Source: Dehalococcoidia bacterium
Lineage (GTDB): Bacteria; Chloroflexota; Dehalococcoidia; Lucifugimonadales; JAGWBF01
Reading direction: 5' to 3'
Length of the DNA: 64,000 nucleotides
NCBI GenBank assembly: GCA_034422875.1
Contig: DAOUJI010000079.1
Span: 9,928 to 73,927 of the forward strand
Below the pieces are notes generated by a model that made no database searches, had not been told where the DNA came from, and saw nothing but the letters and a program-made list of their open reading frames with translations. Shown here piece after piece: positions 1 through 9,362 of this stretch (position 1 is the stretch's first letter; each line of letters begins with the position of its first letter). Position numbers and translations under genes: made by a program.

Positions 1-729
1 GCCTTGGCACGGATAACAACCTTGTGGAGCGGCGTCCGTGTCCCTGTTGCCCTGGCTCTGGGAGACCCTGCCGTTCATTGCATAGTCCATCAGCGCCTCT
101 CCGGTATAGACGATGATGGACTCCCTGGAGGACAGGTCGATGAACTGGCCCTCTCCGGTCCGCAGCCGGTGGAAGAGCCCCATGAGCAAGGCCAGACAGG
201 CCGTAGAGGCCACGCGTGCGTCGATGCTGTCGCGCAGTTCGGTGGGCGGCGCATCGGGATAGCCGGTCAGGTGGCCGAGGCCGCTCATGGAGTTGAACAC
301 GTTGGCATATCCTGGGAACGTGCTTTCCGGCCCGGAACCGCCTCCGTTGGAGATGGACACCATCACCAGCGTAGGGTTTACTTCCCTGAGCCTGTCGTAG
401 CTGAGGCCCAGGCGTTGCATCACCCCTGGACGCATGTTCTCCACCACGGCGTCGCTGACGGAGGCAATCTGCAACGCCAAGTCCACAGCTTCACTCTCCT
501 TGAGGTTAAGCTGGACGCTTTGCTTGTTCAGGTTCAATGTGTTGAACACGGGGGAGTTTTCGGGGTCGTCGTAGGAATAAGGCGGTCTCCTTGCCCCGTC
601 GACCTGCATACGGCTTTCCACCTTGATGATCTCCGCCCCCAGGAATCCCAGGAACAGGGTCGCAAAGGGGCCTGCCAGCAGGCTGGTGAAGTCGAGCACA
701 CGTACTCCAGCCAAAGCGCCAGGGGTCAT
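1..729 (-). CDS. CoA-transferase family III (CaiB/BaiF), 3' end runs off the window
   Basis: Not in the ORF track; translated by hand from ATG at 729: MTPGALAGVRVLDFTSLLAGPF...GAEIIKVE...NKQSVQLNLK...DAVVENMRPGVMQRLGLSY; open to position 1; ATGA overlap with the upstream paralog. Confidence 0.93.
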   Translation of the reverse strand, partial: MTPGALAGVRVLDFTSLLAGPFATLFLGFLGAEIIKVESRMQVDGARRPPYSYDDPENSPVFNTLNLNKQSVQLNLKESEAVDLALQIASVSDAVVENMRPGVMQRLGLSYDRLREVNPTLVMVSISNGGGSGPESTFPGYANVFNSMSGLGHLTGYPDAPPTELRDSIDARVASTACLALLMGLFHRLRTGEGQFIDLSSRESIIVYTGEALMDYAMNGRVSQSQGNRDTDAAPQGCYPCQG

Positions 730-1952
730 ATCACGCCTCCCTGAGCCAGGGCTGAAAGCTCCGCATCGTCCATGTCCAGCAGACCGCAATAGACATCCCG
801 GTTGTGTTGTCCGAGACCCGGCGCAGTGTTTTCCAAAGACCACGGGGTCTTGGGAAACCTGTAAGGTCGGGAAGGGTAGGATAAGACGCCAGCCTCAGGG
901 TGGTCCGCGTCTACGAAGAAGCCCCTTTCGGCCAGTTGGGGCGACCCAAACACATCCTCGGACGTGGCGAAGTAGGCCGCAGGGCAACCGCTTGGCGCCG
1001 CCTCGTAGTAGACCTCCTCTTTGGTCAACTCGGCCACCCACTCCCCAATTATCCGGTTCACCTCGTCCCCGTGGCGGATTCGGTCGGCGCGAGTGACGTA
1101 CCGCTCGTCATCGGCCAGCTCCGGTCTTCCCATGATTTCCACCAGGACTCTCCACTGGCGGTCTTCTCTTGGATACAGGATGACGTAGCCGTCTTTGCAG
1201 GCGTATATGCCTCCATACTCGTAGGTCCTGGAGCGGTCCACCAGGCGCCCGTTTCCCAGATACAGGGTGTGTGTCAGCCTGTTGAGGGCCATTGTTGACT
1301 CTTGAATGGACACTTCAACCCGCTGCCCCGTTCCTTGGAATGCCCGGGCGTAGAGGGCCGCAATCGCCGCCGAGGCTGCCATCTGGCCTGCGTCGTAGTC
1401 GCCCAGATGCACTCCGGCCGCAACCGGCGCTCGATCCGGGTTCAGTGTGTATCCCAAACCGCCAGGCAAGGTGTAACCCTCGCCGGAGGCATGAAAGGTG
1501 TTGACGTGGCGGGCTTTCCATGACGCTTTCGGTCCAGTCAGACCAAACGGCGTGATGGACAGGTGGACCAGGGAAGGGTTCCGCTCCTTAAGGACATCGT
1601 AGCCCAAGCCCAAGGACTCCATTGACCCGTCTACCGGAGCGGTAGAGCGGTCTTCCACCAGAAGGTCCGCTGAGGAGGCCAGCCGAAGGAAAAGCTCCCG
1701 TCCGGTGGCCGTGGAAACGTCAAGGGTGACGCTTTCCTTGTCGGTGTTCAGGTACAGGAAAAGGCCGCTCGTTTCAGGATCAGGCACATCGTCGGGGAAA
1801 GGCCCAAAATGCCTGGCCGGGTCTCCGTATCCCGGCGGTTCGATCTTGATGACCCTGGCGCCCATGTCCCCCAGGAGCTTGGTGCAGAAGGGACCAGCTA
1901 TAAATCCGGCAAATTCCAGAATGGTAATCCCTTCGAATATCTTTGACCCCAT
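726..1952 (-). CDS. CoA-transferase family III (CaiB/BaiF)
   Basis: ITILEFAGFIAGPF, GARVIKIEPPGYGD, NTDKESVTLD and GDYDAG (catalytic Asp) motifs. Confidence 0.93.
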   Translation of the reverse strand: MGSKIFEGITILEFAGFIAGPFCTKLLGDMGARVIKIEPPGYGDPARHFGPFPDDVPDPETSGLFLYLNTDKESVTLDVSTATGRELFLRLASSADLLVEDRSTAPVDGSMESLGLGYDVLKERNPSLVHLSITPFGLTGPKASWKARHVNTFHASGEGYTLPGGLGYTLNPDRAPVAAGVHLGDYDAGQMAASAAIAALYARAFQGTGQRVEVSIQESTMALNRLTHTLYLGNGRLVDRSRTYEYGGIYACKDGYVILYPREDRQWRVLVEIMGRPELADDERYVTRADRIRHGDEVNRIIGEWVAELTKEEVYYEAAPSGCPAAYFATSEDVFGSPQLAERGFFVDADHPEAGVLSYPSRPYRFPKTPWSLENTAPGLGQHNRDVYCGLLDMDDAELSALAQGGVI

Positions 1953-2017
1953 GCCGCTCCTGCTAGCCTGCCCAGTCTACTTAGCCCTTGGATGATAAAG
2001 GGAGGTCAGCTTGAACG

Positions 2018-3313
2018 CTAGCCCTCAGCTTGAGCGGCGGCGATCCTTGTCTTGGCCCTCGGTGGCCGAACAGTCGTCATAAGCGCCGCCGCCGCTCCGT
2101 AGAGGCCAAGGATCGTCCACCAGGAAGATGCGTAGTCTCCGGAGAAGTCCCTCATGTATCCAACCAGCGGCGCCCCAGCGCCGGCGGTCAGCAGCGTCAC
2201 AGGAAGCACGACGCCCCTTATGGCGCCCAGAAACGCTCTGCCGTAGTACTCCGCCATCATGTACGTCGGCACAATCATGAATAAGCCCACCGACGAGCCG
2301 AATACAAGGGTCGACGCGAACATGTGCAGCTCCTGGCCACCGAACAGCATCAGGGTCGTAGCCGATGCAAATCCCAGGAAAGACGCCACTCCGAGAAACC
2401 TGACTGGGAAACGCTCCACGAGCAAGCCTGACAGAAGAATCATTATTGTGGCCCCTGCGGCGTCCACCGAAAAGGCGAAGGAGACGGTTTGGGCGTCTAT
2501 GCCACGCTCGGTCCAGAAAGGGAACCTGTGCACGCTGGCTCCGCCCTGGGCCAGCCCATGCAGGGCAAACACAATCATCAGCTTCCACAGGGTCGACTCA
2601 CGCCTCGCATCGGCCAGGGTCCAGGCATCTTCCTCAGAGGCTACAATTCTGCCGGCGGGAGTATCGCTCCTTGGTCGTGAACCGGACGGCCCGGCGCCTC
2701 CATCCACCTCCAGCCCCATGTCCTCCGGCTGCCGTCTAAGAAAAAGGCCCGCCACAGGGATGCAGACCACCATGAAAGCGATGGCCATTATCGCCCACGT
2801 CGCCCGCCATCCCTCCTCGTCAATGAGGAACTGGGTTATGGGCACCAGGGTTATACCTCCGACGCCAAGACCTAGCGTGGACAAGGCCAGAGCGCGTCCC
2901 CGCAGCCTGACGAACCACTTGGCCACGGGCACCGACGTGACCAGGCTGTTGGGAGCCGTCACCCCGGTTACTCCTATGACGCCAAACAGCAGGAAGAATT
3001 GCCAGGCCTCCGAGACATAGGATATCGCCAGCAAGCACAGGCCTATGACGGCGGCTGTAACTACTATGAACAACCTGGAACCGTACCGGTCCAGAAGTCG
3101 CCCGACCATCAACGCTGACAGCCCAGCCATAAGGTTTCGCGTGGTTTGGGCCCACCCGAAATCGGCCCGGCTCATGTCCAGCCCCTCGCCCATGGGAATG
3201 ACGAAGGGACCAAAGTTCAGCGTCCCGGTGGCCATGGTGGAGAAGTTGACCAGGAACATGGAGGCGACGATGACCCATCCGTAGAAGACGGGGCCCCGCC
3301 CGAAGAAGTTCAA
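2018..3313 (-). CDS. MFS transporter
   Basis: About 12 hydrophobic segments, MFS motif A GRLLDRYGSR, N-terminal FYGWVIV. Confidence 0.92.
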   Translation of the reverse strand: MNFFGRGPVFYGWVIVASMFLVNFSTMATGTLNFGPFVIPMGEGLDMSRADFGWAQTTRNLMAGLSALMVGRLLDRYGSRLFIVVTAAVIGLCLLAISYVSEAWQFFLLFGVIGVTGVTAPNSLVTSVPVAKWFVRLRGRALALSTLGLGVGGITLVPITQFLIDEEGWRATWAIMAIAFMVVCIPVAGLFLRRQPEDMGLEVDGGAGPSGSRPRSDTPAGRIVASEEDAWTLADARRESTLWKLMIVFALHGLAQGGASVHRFPFWTERGIDAQTVSFAFSVDAAGATIMILLSGLLVERFPVRFLGVASFLGFASATTLMLFGGQELHMFASTLVFGSSVGLFMIVPTYMMAEYYGRAFLGAIRGVVLPVTLLTAGAGAPLVGYMRDFSGDYASSWWTILGLYGAAAALMTTVRPPRAKTRIAAAQAEG

Positions 3314-3361
3314 TCGAGCCGCCTATGTTGGCAAAGGTCGTCCATCAGATGCGGACGCCCT

Positions 3362-4528
3362 CTAGCTCACCTGAGACCGGGAAGGCAGCTCGACCTCAAG
3401 GCGGGCCGTACCGGTGGTGTCGCCCCGCTGGTTGTTGCAACGGGTCTCGCACTCAACCATGCGGCGACCGCCCTCAATCCACTTGCGGGTGACTTTTCCC
3501 TCCACCCAGGTGGTGTCCCCCTCGATGTTGAAACGGCGCAACTCGTTGTAGTACTTCCGCAAAAAGCCGTGGTCGCCCATCCAGTTGGTGACAATCTGAG
3601 CGAGCCACGACCCCCTCTGGGGACCCAGGTCGTAAATGCCTGGGAGAGCGATAATCTTGGCCATGGTGTCTTCCCAGTGGCCTCGGTGGGGGTGGTCGGG
3701 CACACCGGTTTCCGGGTCCGGCTCTGCAAAGGCGGCGTGTTTTTTGAATGATTGCCATCGATGGTAGTGGGAGCCGCCTGGACTGCCCCCCGCCCCCATG
3801 TTGAAGGCGTCAAAGCGACCGGCGCCGAATATTATGTCAACAACTCTCAGGGGACCGCGCACCACGGGAGGCAGGACTTCGCCTTCGACCACGTCCTCCC
3901 AATGCCTGGGTTCGGCGCCGCGTATCTGTTCCTTGTCGTATGCGTCCCAAATCTCCTGCAGGTCCTCATCGGAGTACCTGGGTTTTTCAGTTCCTTTGTA
4001 GACGTCCCTCTCCCTGGCGGCGCGCCTCTCAGTCCGTACGCTCCACGCTCTCCCCTTGGCCATCGCATGCCCCTTGCCGTTGACGTACAGCGTCTGCGCT
4101 GACTGGATAACCACGTGACCGGCGTAGCTGCTGGTGGGTTTTTCGACGACGCTGTACGGCCGGTACGAGGCGCTTATCACGTCACCGGGCCTGATGGGCT
4201 GGTAATACTCCCACTCGCTGCCGCCGTAGAAGGTGTGGACACCAGGCAAGCCGCCCATGTTGGCCGCCGTGGTGGAGCGTATGGTCCACAGGTACATGGG
4301 GAAGGCGACCATGGCGCCGTAGTGTGTGGAGCGGCCGTAGTCCGGGTCGACGTACAACGGGTTGCGCTCTCCCAGGCCCATTCCGAACGTCCTGATGGAG
4401 TCGGCGGAAATCTCTCCCACGTGGCGAACGCCGTGGTAATAGACCCCCAACCGGCCTCGGAGCCGCTCAATGCCCTCCGGCGTTATTGTCCCGAATGAAC
4501 TGCGGTCAGTCGACATGCGTTCCGTCAC
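3362..4528 (-). CDS. Double hot-dog MaoC/FAS1-like dehydratase
   Basis: N-terminal NPLYVDPDYGR...FP and GGSEWEYYQPIRPGD; C-terminal PDHPHRGHWED...YDLGPQR and GDTTWVEGKVTRK. Confidence 0.85.
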   Translation of the reverse strand: MTERMSTDRSSFGTITPEGIERLRGRLGVYYHGVRHVGEISADSIRTFGMGLGERNPLYVDPDYGRSTHYGAMVAFPMYLWTIRSTTAANMGGLPGVHTFYGGSEWEYYQPIRPGDVISASYRPYSVVEKPTSSYAGHVVIQSAQTLYVNGKGHAMAKGRAWSVRTERRAARERDVYKGTEKPRYSDEDLQEIWDAYDKEQIRGAEPRHWEDVVEGEVLPPVVRGPLRVVDIIFGAGRFDAFNMGAGGSPGGSHYHRWQSFKKHAAFAEPDPETGVPDHPHRGHWEDTMAKIIALPGIYDLGPQRGSWLAQIVTNWMGDHGFLRKYYNELRRFNIEGDTTWVEGKVTRKWIEGGRRMVECETRCNNQRGDTTGTARLEVELPSRSQVS

Positions 4529-4772
4529 AAGTCCCTAGACCAATCTCTGAGTCTGTGCACATCTGATGAGGTTGTGCATCAAGTGCGTAAAACAGCAATC
4601 CAAACGATACAGAGGGCCATTTCCTTTGTCAAACCTGAAGGACCGTACTCTAATGACAGGCCCCTAAGAGAATCCGTAAACGAATATGGTTTTCACGCCT
4701 GACGGCGCCTTGCAGAGGTCTCCCCATCTCTATAAAATCGCCCGCATTGGGTCGCAGTCGGGAGGGGCGGGG

Positions 4773-5543
4773 ATGCGAATCGCCAGGTTCAAAAAGGGGA
4801 GGCTGACCGCCTACGGTGTGGTGGAAGGCGATGAAATCCTCGAAATCCGGGGAAGCATCTACAACAAGTTCCGCGTCACCGACAACCACTTCAACCTGGC
4901 GGACGTGAAGCTCCTCTCCCCCACCAATCCCCAGCAGATATGGTGCCCCGGCCCCAACTTCTCACACGACAACGGTGACTACGACCCTGAACTCAAGCCT
5001 TCCGGCAGCCCCGAGCCCTGGCAAAAGGGGCGCAACTCCCTCATCGGACCCAACGAATACATCGTGCTTCCCAAGGACTCCGCGGGAGAGGTCCATGTAG
5101 AAGGGGAAGCGGTGGCCGTGATAAGCAAGCCCTGCCGCCGCATCAGCAAAGAAAAAGCGCTGCGTTATGTGTTGGGATACACGTGCGGCAACGACGTCAG
5201 CGAACGACAGTGGCAGTGGGACGACCGCCACCTATGGCGGGCAAAAGGCGCCGACACTTTTGCCCCCGTTGGGCCGTGGATAGAGACCGAAGCGTCGCCA
5301 TTGGACTTGAGAGTAAAAGTGAAGGTCAACGGCGAAGACGTCCAAAGCTCGTGCACCTCCGACATGGTCCACGACTTCGCGTCCATCATCAGCTACATCA
5401 GCCAGCAAGTCACGCTCCAGCCGGGAGACCTGGTATTCTCAGGCTCTCGCGGTGACCACGCGCCCATAAAAGCCGATGACGTGGTCGAGGTCTCCATTGG
5501 CGGAATCGGCACGCTGAAAAACACCGTCCGCATGGAGGACTGA
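4773..5543 (+). CDS. Fumarylacetoacetate hydrolase family protein
   Basis: MRIARF...YGVVEGD N-terminus, EGEAVAVI, GYTCGNDVSER, KGADTFAPVGP, TLQPGDLVFSG; start moved to ATG 4773. Confidence 0.9.
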   Translation: MRIARFKKGRLTAYGVVEGDEILEIRGSIYNKFRVTDNHFNLADVKLLSPTNPQQIWCPGPNFSHDNGDYDPELKPSGSPEPWQKGRNSLIGPNEYIVLPKDSAGEVHVEGEAVAVISKPCRRISKEKALRYVLGYTCGNDVSERQWQWDDRHLWRAKGADTFAPVGPWIETEASPLDLRVKVKVNGEDVQSSCTSDMVHDFASIISYISQQVTLQPGDLVFSGSRGDHAPIKADDVVEVSIGGIGTLKNTVRMED

Positions 5544-5570
5544 TTCCGGCCAGACAAGACCTGAAACAAG

Positions 5571-5602
5571 AACATGGGCGCCTCGTCTGAGGCGCCCATG
5601 TT
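5571..5602. terminator. Probable bidirectional terminator hairpin
   Basis: Perfect 14-bp stem AACATGGGCGCCTC-GTCT-GAGGCGCCCATGTT between convergent genes. Confidence 0.75.
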
Positions 5603-5640
5603 TGTTAGCAGTAAACGGCGGTGTGTCAGCCGAATCAGGT

Positions 5641-6783
5641 CTAGCTGATGCCGTATGTCCGGGCTGCGTTGTCCCAGACTATCTTCTGCTTCTCCTCATC
5701 GGTGCATCCCGCGAGCACCTCTTCGGCGACCTTCCGAGACATGGGGAAGGTGCCCTCGTCGTGCGGGTAGTCAGCCCCGAACTGGATGTTGTCCACACCG
5801 ATGATGTCCCTGAGCCTCATGGTGTAGGGGTCCTGTTGGAAACCCACGAAACAGTTGGTCTTCCAGAAGTCGCTGGGCATTGCGTCGTTCTTGAACCGGA
5901 CCGGGCACATGGTGAGCCTGTCGGTGTAGGTGTAGTCGATGCGCTCCAGGAAGTGGGGTATCCACGACACCTCATGCTCGATAATCCCAACCTGAAGCCC
6001 CGGATAGCGCTCGAACACTCCGGCGAAGATCATGTCCCCTAGTGAGTTCCTGGGCCAGAAGTCCACGTTGCTGAGCCAGGACGGAGTCAGTTTGCTGAAG
6101 TCCATGAACTCGTTTTCGGGTCCGGGCCTGTTGCAGCCGATGTGGAATGAAATCGGCATCCGGAGGTCCTGGCAGGCGGCCCAGAACGGCTCGTACATCT
6201 CATGGTTGTACCTCATGCCGGGACTTGGCCACACGGGAACCAACGCTCCCACCATTCCCATCTTCTTGCACCGCTCCAGCTCCTCAATCGCCTTGTCGGG
6301 CAACTCCGGGTTTATCAGGGCGATACCGTAGAGCCTGTCGGGGTGGGCCGCGCAGTACTCTGAAAGCCAATCGTTGTAGACCTTGTGCAGCTCGTGCAGG
6401 AACTCCCGGTCCTCGATCCTGTAAAGGTGGAGTCCCAGGGTAGAGTAGTGAATTGCCTTGTCGATGCCGTCTATGTCCAGGTCCTTGACCCTTTCGTCGG
6501 GGTCGTAGGCGCCCGGACGGAGATGCTCTTCACGGGTGCGGGTGCGCCCAATCTCAGCGCGAACTTCAGGGTCATCCTCGTAGCGCCTTCCTGGATGAGT
6601 GCCGGGCGACAGAGGCACCAGCGGGAAGTCACCGTAGTACCACATGTCCAGGTCGTCAAGGCTCCTCAGCCGGGGCGCCCTGTCCTGGAGGTTTTTGGGC
6701 AGCCTCGTGACCCACAGGTCCGATCGTTCGAACGTGTGGTCATCGGCTGACAGAATCTTATATCCTTCAAGTCCTTGAGCCAT
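5641..6783 (-). CDS. Amidohydrolase_2 family metal-dependent hydrolase/decarboxylase
   Basis: SADDH, ISFHIG, FGADYPHDEG and KIVWDNAARTY motifs. Confidence 0.9.
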   Translation of the reverse strand: MAQGLEGYKILSADDHTFERSDLWVTRLPKNLQDRAPRLRSLDDLDMWYYGDFPLVPLSPGTHPGRRYEDDPEVRAEIGRTRTREEHLRPGAYDPDERVKDLDIDGIDKAIHYSTLGLHLYRIEDREFLHELHKVYNDWLSEYCAAHPDRLYGIALINPELPDKAIEELERCKKMGMVGALVPVWPSPGMRYNHEMYEPFWAACQDLRMPISFHIGCNRPGPENEFMDFSKLTPSWLSNVDFWPRNSLGDMIFAGVFERYPGLQVGIIEHEVSWIPHFLERIDYTYTDRLTMCPVRFKNDAMPSDFWKTNCFVGFQQDPYTMRLRDIIGVDNIQFGADYPHDEGTFPMSRKVAEEVLAGCTDEEKQKIVWDNAARTYGIS

Positions 6784-6874
6784 TTCCTTCCTCCTGTCTC
6801 AAAGCTTCCTGTTCATCTGAGAACACACCTTGCGTGTTCCGTAACCGATATTACATTTTACTCCGGTTTGACCC

Positions 6875-6910
6875 CAAGCGGAAGGCAGCCTACTTGCCTT
6901 CCATCGCTTG
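6875..6910. terminator. Stem-loop just after the M20 gene (terminator or attenuator-like)
   Basis: CAAGCG-GAAGGCA-gcctact-TGCCTTC-cat-CGCTTG; no clear U-tract. Confidence 0.45.
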
Positions 6911-6917
6911 CGGAGGT

Positions 6918-8093
6918 TTACGCCACGTACCGCAGCGTGGCTTCCGTCATGATTTGCGCGGCGATGGGAAGGGAGTCCTCGTCTATGTCGAATTGAGCGC
7001 TGTGGTGAGGGGCAGTGATTCCCTTGGCGGCGTTGCCGCAGCCGACCAGGAAGAAGCAACCGGGAGCCTGCCTCAAGAACAAAGTCACGTCCTCGCCCAA
7101 TTGCAGTGGAGTTATGGTCACGACGTTCTCAGTTCCAACCACCGTCTGGGCCACCTCTGTCACCAGCTTGGAAACCTCTTCGTCGTTGACCACCGGCGGC
7201 ACGCCTACGATGTGCGTGAACTCACAGTCGCCTCTCATGGCCTGGGCCACCTGGGAGGATATTTCCTCTATTCGCTTTAGTATGTAGTCCCTGACCGAGT
7301 CGTCCAGGGTCCTTACCGTTCCAGCCAGCTCCACCGTGTCTGACACCACGTTGAATGCCGTGCCTCCCTGTATCGTGCCAAAGCCCAGCACCCCGGTCTG
7401 GGTGGGAGCTATCTCGCGACTGAGAATGGTCTGGAGGGCCGTGATGACGTGGGCGGAGATAAGGATGGGGTCCACGGAGAGGTGGGGCATGCCGCCGTGG
7501 CCGCCTTTCCCTTTGATTGTCAACTGTATTCCATCGGCGCTGGAGAATATGGGCCCCGGCTGGGCTGTCACCTGGCCCACCGGCAGCCCGCTCCATAGAT
7601 GGAAGCTGAGGGTCCGGTCCACTTTGGGGTCCCTCATGGCCCCATCGTCAATCATCTTCTGGGCGCCGCTGGCTATCTCCTCCGCCGGTTGAAAGGCCAG
7701 CTTCACATTACCCTTGAGAGCATCCCGGCGCCGGCTGAGCAGGTCGGCCACCGCCAGTCCCACTGCCATGTGCCCGTCGTGGCCACAGGCGTGCATCCGG
7801 CCTTCCACTTGCGATGAGTAAGGGCGGTCCATGGGCTCCTGGACCGGCAGAGCGTCCATGTCCACTCGAATAAGGACTGTGGGGCCGGTTCCTGAACCAC
7901 TCAATTGACCCAGTACGCCGGTCTCTCCCACTCCGGTGCGCACCTGCCAGCCAAGGCCGTCCAGCCTCTCAGCAACCACCCCGGCAGTGCGGTGTTCCTG
8001 GAAGGCTAGCTCCGGGTGCCGGTGGAAGTCCCTGCGGTCTTCAACCAGCCGGTCTCGGATGCTCTCCACGTCGCCAGGTTTTAAGTTGGACAT
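6918..8093 (-). CDS. Peptidase M20D family amidohydrolase
   Basis: HRHPELAFQE, RVDMDALP, MHACGHDGH, FQPAEE and PHHSAQFDIDE motifs. Confidence 0.93.
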   Translation of the reverse strand: MSNLKPGDVESIRDRLVEDRRDFHRHPELAFQEHRTAGVVAERLDGLGWQVRTGVGETGVLGQLSGSGTGPTVLIRVDMDALPVQEPMDRPYSSQVEGRMHACGHDGHMAVGLAVADLLSRRRDALKGNVKLAFQPAEEIASGAQKMIDDGAMRDPKVDRTLSFHLWSGLPVGQVTAQPGPIFSSADGIQLTIKGKGGHGGMPHLSVDPILISAHVITALQTILSREIAPTQTGVLGFGTIQGGTAFNVVSDTVELAGTVRTLDDSVRDYILKRIEEISSQVAQAMRGDCEFTHIVGVPPVVNDEEVSKLVTEVAQTVVGTENVVTITPLQLGEDVTLFLRQAPGCFFLVGCGNAAKGITAPHHSAQFDIDEDSLPIAAQIMTEATLRYVA

Positions 8094-8199
8094 TGCATAC
8101 CTCTGGAAGCTGGGAGGATTTTACCACAGCGCCAAAATCTTGCGGGGCCAAATGGGGCGTAATATACTCTCCACTAGTCATTGATAACCAGGGGTTGAC

Positions 8200-8838
8200 T
8201 TGGAAGAATTGCGCTTATTCCCGCTGAACACAATCCTGTTTCCGGGCATGCCATTGCCTCTGCGCATCTTTGAGGAGCGATACAAGCTCATGATTGGGGA
8301 ATGCCTGGACAAGGAAGAGCCTTTTGGCGTGGTGTTGATTAAGGAAGGGCCGGAGGTTGGAGGCCCCGCCGCCGTCTACAGCGTGGGCGTCACAGCCCGC
8401 ATCGACGAGGTGGAGCATTACGAAGAAGGCCGCATGAGCATCTCCACGATGGGTGAGAAACGCTTTCGAATTGTCGAGATCATCCAGGACGTCCCTTACA
8501 TGAAGGGAAGCGTCGAATATATGCCGGAAGACCCAGGGCCGGATGAAGAAGACCATTACCCGCAGGCAGCGGAGATGTTCGGAGCTTATATCAGGCTTTT
8601 GGGAAGCCTCGGTGGAGGCTGGTTGGTCGAAGTCGAAATCCCTGAAGAACCGATGTCCCTGAGCTACACCATCGCCCACTACCTGGACCTTCCCCGCATC
8701 GCGAAGCAACGGCTCCTGGAAATACCCACTCCCGGAGAGCGACTGAAGTACGAGATACCCCTGCTGGAAGGCGCCACAGAGCGTCTACGCGAAGCGGTGG
8801 AGAGGCGCAACCCCTACCAGGGCCCCCGCCTCAACTAG
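8200..8838 (+). CDS. LON peptidase substrate-binding (N-terminal) domain protein
   Basis: LFPLNTILFPGMPLPLRIFEERY, KQRLLE; no ATPase or protease domain. Confidence 0.9.
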   Translation: MEELRLFPLNTILFPGMPLPLRIFEERYKLMIGECLDKEEPFGVVLIKEGPEVGGPAAVYSVGVTARIDEVEHYEEGRMSISTMGEKRFRIVEIIQDVPYMKGSVEYMPEDPGPDEEDHYPQAAEMFGAYIRLLGSLGGGWLVEVEIPEEPMSLSYTIAHYLDLPRIAKQRLLEIPTPGERLKYEIPLLEGATERLREAVERRNPYQGPRLN

Positions 8839-8918
8839 GGGCGGGACGCTTATCTGCCTCACCAGGCGCCAACTGTGTCCGTCACTCCCCGTTTCTTCTC
8901 GCTGACAAGGAGCATTCC

Positions 8919-9287
8919 ATGATCTCCCGAATCGCAACCCAGGCAGTCTATGTAGAAGACCAGCCGTCCGCCGTACGGTTCTGGGTTGATCGGGTTGGCT
9001 TCGAGCAGCGGGTTGAACTCGACATGGGGCCGAACGCCAAGTGGATTGAGGTTGGTCCACCGGGGGCCGAGTCAAACCTGGTCATCTATCCCAAGACGAT
9101 GATGCAGGACTGGTCAGAGCGCAAGCCGTCCATAGTGTTCGAATGTGGCGACATCCACGCAACCTACAGCGATATGGCGGCCCGTGGAGTAGAGTTCAGT
9201 CAAGAACCGAAAGAGATGCCCTGGGGTCCATTTGCAATCTTCAACGATGAGGACGGCAACTGGTACGGGCTAAGGCAGTCCCAATAG
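8919..9287 (+). CDS. VOC/glyoxalase family protein
   Basis: VYVEDQ..A..FW...GF, PWGPFAIFNDEDGNWYGL. Confidence 0.88.
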   Translation: MISRIATQAVYVEDQPSAVRFWVDRVGFEQRVELDMGPNAKWIEVGPPGAESNLVIYPKTMMQDWSERKPSIVFECGDIHATYSDMAARGVEFSQEPKEMPWGPFAIFNDEDGNWYGLRQSQ

Positions 9288-9362
9288 ACCGTCGGATAGC
9301 ATTTTGGATGGGTTAGTGGAGCAAGTCGGCTGCGGCGAATTAGTAGTTCCGACTGTCTCGTG

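Noticed and set aside
4-744. 246-aa plus-strand ORF
   Set aside because: Antisense shadow of the truncated CoA-transferase on the minus strand
4566-4667. 33-aa ORF with CxxC in the divergent intergenic region
   Set aside because: No SD, lies in a promoter region, no supporting features
6875-6895. SRP RNA-like GGAAGGCAGC motif
   Set aside because: Lacks the CAGG-stem-GNRA-stem-AGCAG architecture; explained by a simple hairpin
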